NCBI GenBank assembly: GCA_029571225.1
Contig: JAKPTF010000009.1
Coordinates: 26,925 to 90,924, forward strand
Length of the DNA stretch: 64,000 bases
Reading direction: 5' to 3'
Source of the DNA: Candidatus Omnitrophota bacterium
Lineage (GTDB): Bacteria; Omnitrophota; Gorgyraeia; Gygaellales; Profunditerraquicolaceae
Below, one piece after another: positions 1 through 9,274 of the stretch. The position numbers and the translations under genes were made by a program. Position 1 is the first letter of the stretch. Each line of letters opens with the position of its first letter. Below the pieces are notes generated by a model. That model saw only the letters and a list, made by a program, of their open reading frames with translations, was not told where the DNA came from and ran no database searches.

Positions 1-103
1 GCGGTCTATCTCGAGCTTCTTGGCATCAATGTCAAAGATAACCTCTGAGATTCTGAATACTGGTTCCGGCAGCGGCAAGCTTTTCCTTAATATCTGCAAG
101 CAT
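1..103 (-). CDS. prfB: peptide chain release factor 2, N-terminal part (continues beyond window edge), requires programmed +1 frameshift
   Basis: ATG at 103..101 preceded by GGAGAC. Translates MLADIKEKLAAAGTSIQNLRGYL, then an in-frame TGA (34..32). The +1 frame continues DIDAKKLEIDR, matching the RF2 N-terminus pattern LRGYL-D-x-DAKK. Confidence 0.85.
31..46 (-). promoter_or_regulatory. prfB +1 ribosomal frameshift site (CTT TGA C) with upstream SD-like AGAGGT
   Basis: Minus strand reads AGA GGT TAT CTT TGA C. Layout is the same as the E. coli prfB site AGG GGG TAT CTT TGA C. Confidence 0.8.
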
Positions 104-115
104 TATCGTGGTCTC

Positions 116-1192
116 CTATTTCTTGATGCCTTTGATGGCCAGGATCAATTCGTCCTTGCTGTCGGCGAATTCCATCGCCTCGCTCTCCGATATCAGGCCG
201 TCCTTGACGAGCCTGGAGAGCGATTGATTGAACGACATCATGCCGAACAGCTCGCTCTCTTCGAGGAACCTGGGGATTTCTCCGATCTTCCCTTCGCGGA
301 TCAACCTGCCCATCGTCGGGGTAAGGGTCATGACCTCGGCCGCTGGCACGCGGGCTGTTCCGTCCTTGACCGGAATCAGCCGCAGGGACACTATACCCTT
401 GAGAAGAAACGAGAGCTGAGTGCGTATCTGCTGATGCTGGTGCGGCGGGAAGAAATTAATCATGCGCTCTACGGTCTGGGAGGCGTTGACCGTGTGCAGG
501 GTGCTCAGGACCAGGACCCCGGTCTCGGCCACGGTCAATGCCGCCAGCATTGTCTCGTAGTCGCGGATATTGCCGATATAGATCACGTCAGGGCTCTGGA
601 GCGTGAACGCCCGCAACGCGACGGGATACGACACGACATCCTTGCCGATCTCGCGCTGGTTTATCAGAGATTTTTTGTCCGTGAACGTGAACTCGATCGG
701 CTCTTCTAGCGTGAATATATGTTTGTAGGCGTTGTTATTGATATATTCGACCATGCTGGCTATTGTCGTTGATTTGCCAGACCCCATGGTGCCGGTCAGA
801 AGCACGATGCCGCGGCGCTCCATTGCGAGTTTCTTCAGGATCTCGGCAGGGACCTTGAGTTCCTCCAAGGTCTTGCTGACCGGGGGAATGTTCCTGCACA
901 CGATCGAGGGCCAGTTTCGCTGCATGAAAATGCTGATACGGAACCGCCGCCTCAATCCCGGCTCGTAATAAGCAAAATCGATATCTTTGGCTTTGCGGAA
1001 CATCTCGCGCGCTTCCTCGGACAAAAGTTTCTGAAGCGCCATTTCGATATCGTCGATTGACACCTGGCTGTCGGTAACGGCAAGGACCTGCCCGTTCAGG
1101 CGCATCCTGACGGTCGAGCCGGCCCTGAAGAAAAGGTCCGAACCGTCCTTCTCAACAAGCATCTGCAGAAAATCAGATATATCCATCGCCAT
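116..1192 (-). CDS. pilT: type IV pilus retraction ATPase PilT/PilU family
   Basis: 358 aa. Walker A GTMGSGKST, Asp box SPDVIYIGNIRD, His box LSTLHTVNA. Length and layout are typical of PilT. Confidence 0.9.
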   Translation of the reverse strand: MAMDISDFLQMLVEKDGSDLFFRAGSTVRMRLNGQVLAVTDSQVSIDDIEMALQKLLSEEAREMFRKAKDIDFAYYEPGLRRRFRISIFMQRNWPSIVCRNIPPVSKTLEELKVPAEILKKLAMERRGIVLLTGTMGSGKSTTIASMVEYINNNAYKHIFTLEEPIEFTFTDKKSLINQREIGKDVVSYPVALRAFTLQSPDVIYIGNIRDYETMLAALTVAETGVLVLSTLHTVNASQTVERMINFFPPHQHQQIRTQLSFLLKGIVSLRLIPVKDGTARVPAAEVMTLTPTMGRLIREGKIGEIPRFLEESELFGMMSFNQSLSRLVKDGLISESEAMEFADSKDELILAIKGIKK

Positions 1193-1222
1193 GGCAACGC
1201 CCCTTTGTTTTTTCTTTAATGA

Positions 1223-2740
1223 TTATACCACTTTCCGCGATTTTTCAGTAGCAGAAAATTCCATATACCTGCCGAGCATCAGCCGCGTCTGAGCGTCAAG
1301 CGCGGGCGTGGACCCCAGAAGCAAGATGACTGCAGGGACGATAACCCATTCAGCCGCCATGGCCAGGTTCTTGACCCACGGGACGTCCCTGGGCCGCGGA
1401 GGGAGAATGGTCCAGGACAGGACTATCCACACAATGCTGGCGTACATTGTGAAATTGAACAGGAGGCCGGTTATGCGCGGAAGATTATAGCCGATCGCTG
1501 ACTGTGCGAAGAACCTGCCGCCCAGGAACACGGGCAGAGGGCCGATGATCCCGATGACAAACGCCCATATCGCCCATGTCACATGGCTTTCAAGCAGCTG
1601 GAATGACCTGCGCATTTTCACCGGTAGCGGAATCTGCCTGTTTTTCGCCAACCCTCTGACCAAAAACGGGAAGTTCTCCACGCCCCAGGCCCAACGGCGT
1701 TTCTGCCTGTATTGCACCCAGATCGTCTTGAAAAAATTGCTGCTGTATGCCGCGTCCATTGAAACGGTCGTATAGAGCGGAACGACGCGGTAATCGCCGT
1801 TGAAATGCAAAAAGGCCTTCCAGTAAACCACCGAATCGTCGGAGATCATGTCAACGGGCCAGTAGCCGATATCCACTAGCGTTTTGAATGACATGCTGTG
1901 GCTGGAAAACGTGACGAATTTCTCAAGGCGCATGCTTTCAATCATCTGGCAGAACGAGGCGCTCGTTTCTATGATGCGGGCGAACGCCGGCGCGTACCAG
2001 ATATTGTTGTTATATACAGGCACCGGCTGGTAACTTGCCTGGTGCGGCCGTTCCACTGTCAGGAAATGATAGGTGAGGCAGCCGAAATATTCCCGATCAA
2101 CGCAGGTGTCCGCGTCAAAACACGACACAATGACGCGTTCCTGGGCTATGCCACGGGCCTCGAAATATTCCCTGGAACGCTTTGCAGCCCACGTGGCGTT
2201 GGCGCCTTTGATCCGCTTTTCCCCGGGCAGATTGTCCGGATGGAACGTGACCAGCAGGCTGCCAAACGCGTCTTTATACTCCCGTTCCAGGACCCGTGCC
2301 GTTTCGGCGGACGGCTGATGACGCCCCTCAAAAGCAAGAACCACGACCATTTTATCCTGCGGATAATGCGTCTGCCGCAACGCTTCGAGCGAGGGCCGCA
2401 GGATATCGAGCCCTTCTTTATAAACGGGGAAAATAATTAAATGGCGCAATTGCTCCCATCCCGGAATCTTCTGGCAGGAGCGAAGCCATGCCCGCCTGCG
2501 CTGTTTTGCCAGCCGGCGGTTTGCCAGCAGCAGAAGCGTGGTCAGATAGATCGTCCTGATGATCCAGTAAAAATCAAAAACAATGATCATGACCGCGCAG
2601 TAAACGGGCCTCCAGACGGCAAGGAGGACGAAAAAGCCGATGATGCTCCAGGAAATGGCTCCCGGCATTATCTCGAGGGAACGCAGGAGCCGCCGACTAT
2701 GGTTTCTTGCCATCTTTCTTATCTTCAGGCCGCCAGTCAA
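1223..2740 (-). CDS. membrane-embedded family 2 glycosyltransferase (processive beta-glycan synthase-like)
   Basis: 505 aa. TM helices at both ends flank a GT2 core with FDADTCVD (DxD), ISDDS and QYRQKRRWAWG (QxxRW). Start is uncertain (M1, M10 or M25); the ORF overlaps the upstream gene by 44 nt. Confidence 0.75.
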   Translation of the reverse strand: MTGGLKIRKMARNHSRRLLRSLEIMPGAISWSIIGFFVLLAVWRPVYCAVMIIVFDFYWIIRTIYLTTLLLLANRRLAKQRRRAWLRSCQKIPGWEQLRHLIIFPVYKEGLDILRPSLEALRQTHYPQDKMVVVLAFEGRHQPSAETARVLEREYKDAFGSLLVTFHPDNLPGEKRIKGANATWAAKRSREYFEARGIAQERVIVSCFDADTCVDREYFGCLTYHFLTVERPHQASYQPVPVYNNNIWYAPAFARIIETSASFCQMIESMRLEKFVTFSSHSMSFKTLVDIGYWPVDMISDDSVVYWKAFLHFNGDYRVVPLYTTVSMDAAYSSNFFKTIWVQYRQKRRWAWGVENFPFLVRGLAKNRQIPLPVKMRRSFQLLESHVTWAIWAFVIGIIGPLPVFLGGRFFAQSAIGYNLPRITGLLFNFTMYASIVWIVLSWTILPPRPRDVPWVKNLAMAAEWVIVPAVILLLGSTPALDAQTRLMLGRYMEFSATEKSRKVV

Positions 2741-3698
2741 GCAAGTTCATCCGCTGCTCCAGCCCCTTCAGGTTGATGAAATCAGGCAGGGTAAAGGGAT
2801 AGACGCGATTTCGCATTTCCAGACGGTACAGGTTGTCGTAGACATTTCCGTCGAGGGCCTGCTGCGAATCCATGAAATACAGGCTGTCCGTGCGTGAGTC
2901 ATAGAAACCTGTGGAGTTCCGTTTAGCCAGGTTCACCAGGCCTACGGGGACCGCTCCGCTGCGCGCCTCGCAGATGAGGATGCGCTTCCTGCACATGAGT
3001 ATAATATGATAACTGTCCGCGTACCAGAACATGTCGTTGATGACGTCCGATGGAAAGTCAAGGATGACCGTCTCTGCAGCCGCGGGTCTTTTTTTGCCTT
3101 GCGGCAATTCCGTGATCCCTACCCGGTGCTGATTGAAATACGCCAGCCTCGACCTGTCCGGGGAAAACACCCATTTTCTGGGCGCCGGCGCGATCGGGAC
3201 GAACGTACAAACCTGCTCGAAACGCCCTCCGTCCATGTCCGACCTGAACAGCGTATTCTCGTCCCGGGTGATGAAGTATAAAGCGGAGCTTTGCTCATCG
3301 AGCCAGAAAAAGGATATTTTCTCTTTATTGACCTGCTGCGTATCGGACCGCAGGGGAAACAGAATGACCTTTTCCATGCGGGCGACTTTGCCGCCTTCCA
3401 CCTCGATCCGGCGTTCATAAGGATAATACCCGTCCAGTTCCAGGGCCACCGTATGCATGCCCGGCAGGAGGTCGGAAATAGACATAGGCGTTTTATCCGG
3501 CAGCTGTTGCCCGTCCAGGGTCACGGTTGCTCCCGGAGGCTGGCTTTTGACGGATATTATTCCGGTCCTGGTGAATTTGAAACTGCGACGGTCGAACTTA
3601 TAGCTCAAAGAAAATGCCAGAATAAACGGCAGGCCGATAAGAAAAACCGAAACGCTGGTGTAATACAAAAACGTCCTTATTTTCTGGTCAACAGACAT
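2697..3698 (-). CDS. PEGA-domain membrane-anchored protein
   Basis: 333 aa. N-terminal TM helix, then a PEGA-like segment SQPPGATVTLDGQQLPDKTPMSISDLLPGMHTVALELDGYYPYERRIEV. The rest is beta-rich. Confidence 0.6.
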   Translation of the reverse strand: MSVDQKIRTFLYYTSVSVFLIGLPFILAFSLSYKFDRRSFKFTRTGIISVKSQPPGATVTLDGQQLPDKTPMSISDLLPGMHTVALELDGYYPYERRIEVEGGKVARMEKVILFPLRSDTQQVNKEKISFFWLDEQSSALYFITRDENTLFRSDMDGGRFEQVCTFVPIAPAPRKWVFSPDRSRLAYFNQHRVGITELPQGKKRPAAAETVILDFPSDVINDMFWYADSYHIILMCRKRILICEARSGAVPVGLVNLAKRNSTGFYDSRTDSLYFMDSQQALDGNVYDNLYRLEMRNRVYPFTLPDFINLKGLEQRMNLLDWRPEDKKDGKKP

Positions 3699-3955
3699 TC
3701 CCTCACAGCCCTTTCAAGGTCCAGCAAAGCGCGCTTTCTCTTAAGCCCGAATACATATCCGCCGGGCGTCCCATCGCTGGCAATGACCCGGTGGCACGGG
3801 ATGATAATGGGCCACGGGTTATTCTTAAGGATCTGGCCTACAGCGCGGCATGCCCCCGGCCTGCCTGCTTTGCGCGCGACCCACCGGTACGACCGGGTTT
3901 CTCCTACCGGGATAGCGCTTACGATCCGGTAAACTTTCCTGGCAAAAGAGGTCAT
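3677..3955 (-). CDS. ogt: methylated-DNA-protein-cysteine methyltransferase family protein (short, C-terminal domain only)
   Basis: 92 aa. Active-site motif IIIPCHRVI plus the preceding helix-turn-helix segment RSYRWVARKAGRPGACRAVGQIL. Confidence 0.75.
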   Translation of the reverse strand: MTSFARKVYRIVSAIPVGETRSYRWVARKAGRPGACRAVGQILKNNPWPIIIPCHRVIASDGTPGGYVFGLKRKRALLDLERAVRECLLTRK

Positions 3956-5205
3956 AATCCAAAGGTCTTCTTTTTATGAAGGAGATGATGGTATTCCCTT
4001 GCGAACCGGTGCGCCTCGTCCCGCACGCGGCGGATCAGGTTCAAGGCAGGCGTATCGTACGCAAGCCTGACAGGTTTCTCCATGCCCTTAATATAAAGGT
4101 TTTCGCCCTCTTTGGCAATACTTAAAACCGGGCACGACACCCCGACACCCTCCAGGGTTTCCAGCGCTGCAGTAAGGTGCTGTCTGCCTCCGTCTATCAG
4201 GATTAGATCGGGCAGTTCTTTCTTTTCAGCCGCAAGGCGCGAGTATCTGCGCCGGACAACCTCCCTGATCATGGCATAATCGTCGATGCCTGAAACCGTT
4301 TTGATCCTGAACCTGCGGTAATTCTTTTTATCGGGAGCCCCTTTGTAAAAACTGACCATGGAACCCGTTGCCTCCTGACCGGAAATGTTCGAGATATCAA
4401 ACCCCTCGATGCGCAAAGGCATATCCTTGAGGCGGGCCAGGTTTTTGAGGTCTTCCAACTCGTCGGCGCTGGTAAAACGGACCTTGTCCTTGCCGATGGC
4501 GCACAGCGCGAAGACCCTGTCGCGCAGCGCTGCAGCATCCTCGAACCTGCGCTCCTCTGAAGCCCTGCGCATTTCGAATGAAAGCTTATCCACGAGTTCC
4601 TCGTATTTTGAATCAAGGAACAGCCTGATGTCCTGTATGATGCCGGCGTACTCGCGCCTGCTGATACGCCCGGCGCACGGCGCAGGGCAAAGCCTAAGGC
4701 GGTAATAAAGGCACGGTTTGCGGGGCATTGTCGCGCACGTGCGGAAGCCGAAGATCTTGCGTATCGCCTTGAGCGCCTGGCGCAGCATCCTGGAGTTGGC
4801 GTACGGCCCGTAATAGACCGCAGCATCCTTCCTGCGCTTGCCGGTATCCCTGTCCCGGCATATAGTGATCACCGGAAACTCATCGCCGGATATCCTTATC
4901 AAAGGGAAGGATTTGTCGTCCTTGAGGCTGATGTTATACACGGGCTGCTTTTCCTTGATGAGAGAGGCCTCCAGAAGTTGGGCCTGGAATTCGGTCGGGG
5001 TAAGGATATACTCAAGGTCGGTGATGCGGCTGACAAGCGCCTGCGTTTTTCCTGAGAGGAAGCGGTGAAAATACGACTGTACCCGTTTTTTGAGGATCTT
5101 CGCCTTCCCTATATATATAATATTGCCGCCGGCGTCCTTAAAGATATATACGCCCGGAGCCTCTGGCAGAGAGTCCACTTTCTTTTTCAACCCATGATTT
5201 ATCAT
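3952..5205 (-). CDS. uvrC: excinuclease ABC subunit C, short form lacking the C-terminal (HhH)2 domain
   Basis: GIY-YIG (GVYIFKDAGGNIIYIGKAKILKKRVQSYF), a UVR-like helix pair (RFEDAAALRDRVFAL), and an endonuclease region (IDGGRQHL, RDEAHRFA). Start set at the MINHGL codon (5205). The longer ORF to 5406 would overlap murJ. Confidence 0.85.
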   Translation of the reverse strand: MINHGLKKKVDSLPEAPGVYIFKDAGGNIIYIGKAKILKKRVQSYFHRFLSGKTQALVSRITDLEYILTPTEFQAQLLEASLIKEKQPVYNISLKDDKSFPLIRISGDEFPVITICRDRDTGKRRKDAAVYYGPYANSRMLRQALKAIRKIFGFRTCATMPRKPCLYYRLRLCPAPCAGRISRREYAGIIQDIRLFLDSKYEELVDKLSFEMRRASEERRFEDAAALRDRVFALCAIGKDKVRFTSADELEDLKNLARLKDMPLRIEGFDISNISGQEATGSMVSFYKGAPDKKNYRRFRIKTVSGIDDYAMIREVVRRRYSRLAAEKKELPDLILIDGGRQHLTAALETLEGVGVSCPVLSIAKEGENLYIKGMEKPVRLAYDTPALNLIRRVRDEAHRFAREYHHLLHKKKTFGL

Positions 5206-5207
5206 AT

Positions 5208-6782
5208 TCAAGGACGGATCCTGAAAATTTTTAAAAAGCCGTTGACCTGCTCGATCCGCAGCATCCGGCACATGGCAACGTACGCGGCGATGCCAGAGAC
5301 AATTGGAAACGCCAGGTCGAAAATGCGCGAAAGCAGGCGGCTCTGGAGCGCGGAATGATAGGACGAGGCGATATAACATACCTCTGCCATGACAATGCTG
5401 GCGCATAGCACCCGCGCCGAGAATTCAAGAAGGCCGCGGACTCCGAATCCTCCCAGTTTCCTGCGCAGGATCATAAACATCATCATAAAACTGCTGATGC
5501 CTGAAACGGATGTGGCAAGCGCAAGACCCGAGAGCTTGAGCGGGAACATAAATATCGCGTTCAGGCACACGTTGAGCACGAGCGCTGCGGCTGCGACCCT
5601 GGCAGGGGTAACCGTATCCTTGATAGCGAAATACCCGCACTGCAGGATCCTGTTTGCGCCGTATGCGAACAGTCCGATGCTGTAAAAAAAAAGCGCTCCG
5701 GATGTAATCCCCGTCGAATACGAATTAAACCTGCCTCCTTCGAACAAAGACGAGGTGATTGTCCTCGACAGCACCATGAAACCGAAGGACGCAGGTATCA
5801 TGACGAACAGGACTGACCTGAGACCGAAAAAAAGCGTCTCTTTCATCTGCAACAGCTCTCCTTCCGCTGCCCGGGAAGACAGCGCTGGCAGGATAGCCTG
5901 CGACAGGGAATTGCCGAACACCCCAAGCGGGAACTGGATCAGCCGGTATGCAAAATAGAGCGCAGCAACTCCGCCGTCGCCCACGATCCAGGATAGGGAT
6001 CCGAAGATGGAATCGGCAAAATTATTGAGCTGGTATATTGCCGAGCTAAACAGCCGCGGCGCCATCAGCGCGCCGATGCGCCTGATAGCAGGATGACCGA
6101 ACCTGCCGGCAAAGCGGAAACGGAAACCCTTTTTATAAAGCATAGGCAGCTGGACCCCAAGCTGCAGAACCCCGCCGATCAGAACACCTGATGCAAGACC
6201 CTTGATACCTTCTCCCCACGCGATCGCGCACACGATAATGGAAACGTTGAGCAAACACGGGCCAAAGGCCGGCAGCGTGAAATGGCGCAGGGAGTTCAAA
6301 AGAGCGGTGCTGTATGCGGTAAGCCCGATCAGCAGGATATAGGGAAAGACCAATCTGTTGAGGGTTACGGTTGCGGCAAGTTTTGCAGGGTCTGCCGTGA
6401 AGCCGGGCGCGATCAGCCTCACCAGGCAGGGAGATGCCGCGATCCCCGCGATCGTTATGGCAGAAAGCACCACCAAAAGAACGTTCATCAGCACATTGGC
6501 AAGTTCCCAGAACTCGTCTTTGCGGCCCCTTACCAGGTATTCGCTCATTACCGGCACGAATGCCGCGTTCGCAGCGCCTTCACCTGCCAGGTCCCTGAAC
6601 AGGTTTGGGATCTTGAACGCGATCACGAAAGCCTGGGCGTACAGGTATACGCCGAAAAGCTGAGCGATTATGATATCGCGGACAAACCCGAGCACCCGCG
6701 ACGCCAGGGTAGCTGCGGCGATCACGCCGGCAGAGCGCGCTATGCCGGGTTTCGAATCTTTTATGTTTTTATCTATTGACAT
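5208..6782 (-). CDS. murJ: lipid II flippase MurJ/MviN
   Basis: 524 aa polytopic membrane protein. N-terminus ATLASRVLGFVRDIIIAQLFG is typical of MurJ. Confidence 0.9.
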   Translation of the reverse strand: MSIDKNIKDSKPGIARSAGVIAAATLASRVLGFVRDIIIAQLFGVYLYAQAFVIAFKIPNLFRDLAGEGAANAAFVPVMSEYLVRGRKDEFWELANVLMNVLLVVLSAITIAGIAASPCLVRLIAPGFTADPAKLAATVTLNRLVFPYILLIGLTAYSTALLNSLRHFTLPAFGPCLLNVSIIVCAIAWGEGIKGLASGVLIGGVLQLGVQLPMLYKKGFRFRFAGRFGHPAIRRIGALMAPRLFSSAIYQLNNFADSIFGSLSWIVGDGGVAALYFAYRLIQFPLGVFGNSLSQAILPALSSRAAEGELLQMKETLFFGLRSVLFVMIPASFGFMVLSRTITSSLFEGGRFNSYSTGITSGALFFYSIGLFAYGANRILQCGYFAIKDTVTPARVAAAALVLNVCLNAIFMFPLKLSGLALATSVSGISSFMMMFMILRRKLGGFGVRGLLEFSARVLCASIVMAEVCYIASSYHSALQSRLLSRIFDLAFPIVSGIAAYVAMCRMLRIEQVNGFLKIFRIRP

Positions 6783-6848
6783 GTGGGTAAAATTATGTTA
6801 TTCTTTAAAACCTGACATTAAACTATTTTATTAAGAAGGAGTTACAGT

Positions 6849-7112
6849 ATGGCAAATCGTCGTGCTGCCGTAAAACGGATGCGCGTTGACGCAAAAAGGC
6901 ATTCTCGCAATCAGAAGATACGGCGCGAGCTTAAAAAGGCCGTAAAACAATACCTTGGTATGTTGGCCGAAAAGAATGCCGCTGAAGCAAAAAAACTTTT
7001 CCAGAAAGTATGTTCGCTTCTCGATAAGGCTGCGAAAAAACGCGTCATCCATTCGAACACGGCCAACCGCAACAAATCACGCCTCGCGAAACGCCTGCTT
7101 AAAACTGCATAA
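6849..7112 (+). CDS. rpsT: 30S ribosomal protein S20
   Basis: 87 aa. MANRRAAVKRMRVDAKRHSRNQKIRRELKKAVK. AGGAG Shine-Dalgarno 7 nt upstream. Confidence 0.95.
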   Translation: MANRRAAVKRMRVDAKRHSRNQKIRRELKKAVKQYLGMLAEKNAAEAKKLFQKVCSLLDKAAKKRVIHSNTANRNKSRLAKRLLKTA

Positions 7113-7748
7113 GCTCACGATCAGCCGTTCAAGGGCAACGGAGGGTTTCAGGCCGCTTGTCTTCACGGCCAGGTCACATTCCAGCAGTAATTTATTGAGC
7201 CTTCGCAACGCAACGATGTCAGTCTGATTCCTTGACAATCCGGCGCGCAATGCCCCGAGTATCATTTCAGGCTTCTGCCCTTTCTTGAGCAGCTGATGCA
7301 GGAGCTTGAGGCTGCTTGCCGCCCTGCCTGCGCGGATCTCATCGGCAAGGCCGAACGCGGAAGAATAAGCATCCTGCCTGAACTGCCTTACAGTGGAACA
7401 CGCTGCAATGGCGTTCGAAAAACGGTCTTTTCTGTCGAACTCCGCCATTTCCAGCACCAGAATCACCCCGGCGGACGAAGCACGTACGTATTTCTCCAGA
7501 AATTCCTTGCAGTCCTTCTTGAGCGCTTCTGCCTGTTTTATCACTACCACGCGGCGTACCGATGAGGCGGTGTGATACAGTAAATGCTCCTGGAGCTCTT
7601 TAAGGCAGATATCTTTCGCATATAGAGTATCCAGGTCGAATTGGGCGGTGGAGGCGGATAGGTACTTCGATTTGATCTCCTGGAGCACCTTGTCTTTGGC
7701 GGGGGCATCCTGGCCTGTGACCAGATATATGCTGTCTCTTTTTACCAT
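7077..7748 (-). CDS. holA: DNA polymerase III delta subunit-like protein (short)
   Basis: 223 aa. N-terminus IYLVTGQD and C-terminal LLLECDLAVKTSG pattern resemble HolA. Conserved lptE-holA adjacency. Shorter than the usual ~330 aa. Confidence 0.5.
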   Translation of the reverse strand: MVKRDSIYLVTGQDAPAKDKVLQEIKSKYLSASTAQFDLDTLYAKDICLKELQEHLLYHTASSVRRVVVIKQAEALKKDCKEFLEKYVRASSAGVILVLEMAEFDRKDRFSNAIAACSTVRQFRQDAYSSAFGLADEIRAGRAASSLKLLHQLLKKGQKPEMILGALRAGLSRNQTDIVALRRLNKLLLECDLAVKTSGLKPSVALERLIVSLCSFKQAFREA

Positions 7749-8290
7749 TCTTCCACGACGCGGGCGACTATCCTGCGCGCAAGGTCGTCGAGGGCTGACC
7801 TGATAGCTGCATCTTCCGATTTCTGCGCGGGGAAATACGAGGTATCTCCGGTGAAGCCTTTCTCTTCCCAGAGCATCTTGTTCTCTTTTTTGTCCCAGAG
7901 GCTGATATTGACCACAAGGTTGAGCCGGTATTCGTCTACTTCGTCGTTCTCCCGGTATCGCAGCGGATCCCGCCTGAACTCTACGAGCTCGCCCTTAAGC
8001 TCAAGATCGGCCCTGTCCATATCGGACGGCCGGACGTTGCCGTCGAAAAGGAATTTGTTCGTCAGCGTTTTGGTTATATCCGTCTCCAGCCCGGGACGGT
8101 ATATTTTATACTTGTTCCCCGTGTCTACCTCTCGGGTTATGTCTATCGCGCTGTAGAACGGCGGTATATATACCGTCCGATATTTGGCGGCGAGCATGGA
8201 GCGGGTAGTATATCCGCATCCGGCAGAAAACAGCAGCAACACCAGGACGGATATCCGCACAAATCTCTCCATTTTTTTAATGGCGGTCAA
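7742..8290 (-). CDS. lptE: LPS-assembly lipoprotein LptE-like
   Basis: 182 aa. Lipobox LLFSAGC followed by GYTTRS. Sits immediately upstream of holA as in E. coli. The start is TTG (8290) or ATG (8272). Confidence 0.55.
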   Translation of the reverse strand: MTAIKKMERFVRISVLVLLLFSAGCGYTTRSMLAAKYRTVYIPPFYSAIDITREVDTGNKYKIYRPGLETDITKTLTNKFLFDGNVRPSDMDRADLELKGELVEFRRDPLRYRENDEVDEYRLNLVVNISLWDKKENKMLWEEKGFTGDTSYFPAQKSEDAAIRSALDDLARRIVARVVEEW

Positions 8291-9231
8291 TGCCCCCTCT
8301 TTTCCATAGTCTCGAGCCGCCCGGCGGCTTTCGCCGCCCAGGAGGAATCGGGATAGTTGGCGATGATGTTGCGGTAATAGAGCCGCGCGGCATTCCAGGC
8401 CTTCTGTTTTTCATAAAACAGAGCCGCGCTATAAAGGCTCTCCGCTTCTTTTGCGTTCAAAGCCCTGATATTCCTCTCCGCCTCCGGAGCCAGGATCGCA
8501 TCAGGATGCTGGATCACAAATTCCTCGAATTTCTCTTTCGCCTCGCGGGTCGCGCCCTGGTCATAGGCAGCTGAACGGGATACGCTTGCCCGTGTCGAAG
8601 CAAGCTGAAACTTCGCCGGTTCCACCCACTCGCTTTCGGGATATGCCGTGATCACTTTGTTGAACGCTTCCTCTGCCTCGTAATAACGCTCCATGCTCTT
8701 GAGCACAAGGCCAAGCTTATACTGCGCTTTGGGTGCAAGCGGCCCGTATGTTGAGTTTTCGACGACCTTGGTAAATATTTCTATAGCAGGATTATCCACC
8801 GGCAGGGCCATTCCGAACGCCTTGCGTTTTGCGCCCGCCATGAACTGTTCGCCAATCTTGAATTCACGCTCGATGATCTCTCCGATGCGCTCGGAGAACG
8901 GATATTTCTCCACGACCTTCTGGTATGCAAGGAACGCTTCGTAGGGATTGCCCTGTGCCTCCTCGATCATCCCGAGATAATACTGGGACTCGGCAGCTTC
9001 GACAGCCTTGGGGTAATTCTTGATGAGCTTGCGAAATTCCTTTTTGGCTTCTTCGTAACTTTTGCTCTCGAACAGCCCGACAGCGAATTCAAGCTGGTCC
9101 CCGGGGGTCGGTTTGACTTCTGTTTTAGGATTGACGAATTTCCCCGTTTTCGGGGTCCAGATCCAATAGGCGTGAGCCGGCACGCAGCTAAAAACAAAGG
9201 CAATGAGCAATGCGATAATTAGCGATTTCAT
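8287..9231 (-). CDS. bamD: TPR outer-membrane lipoprotein, BamD/YfiO-like
   Basis: 314 aa. Signal/lipobox FVFSC. Repeated TPR pairs ending in YP..s motifs (KNYPKAVEAAESQYYLG, EKYPFSE, TAYPESEW, ANYPDSSW). Confidence 0.55.
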   Translation of the reverse strand: MKSLIIALLIAFVFSCVPAHAYWIWTPKTGKFVNPKTEVKPTPGDQLEFAVGLFESKSYEEAKKEFRKLIKNYPKAVEAAESQYYLGMIEEAQGNPYEAFLAYQKVVEKYPFSERIGEIIEREFKIGEQFMAGAKRKAFGMALPVDNPAIEIFTKVVENSTYGPLAPKAQYKLGLVLKSMERYYEAEEAFNKVITAYPESEWVEPAKFQLASTRASVSRSAAYDQGATREAKEKFEEFVIQHPDAILAPEAERNIRALNAKEAESLYSAALFYEKQKAWNAARLYYRNIIANYPDSSWAAKAAGRLETMEKRGH

Positions 9232-9274
9232 AGTATATCTACTCTAACATGCTGACGATATTTTGTCAAATGTA

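Noticed and set aside
20-709. 229-aa ORF on the + strand at the window start
   Set aside because: It is antisense to pilT and has no SD or recognisable domain. Similar antisense ORFs were dismissed for the same reason: 13562..14281, 21814..22644, 28727..29623, 44105..44980, 49538..50392 and 52745..53521.
5206-5406. N-terminal 67-aa extension of the uvrC ORF
   Set aside because: The extension would overlap murJ by ~200 nt and is Arg/His/Cys-rich junk. The GIY-YIG domain begins right after the internal Met at 5205, which abuts the murJ stop. The same logic applies to the accA (28403..28495) and PAC2 (49402..49530) extensions.
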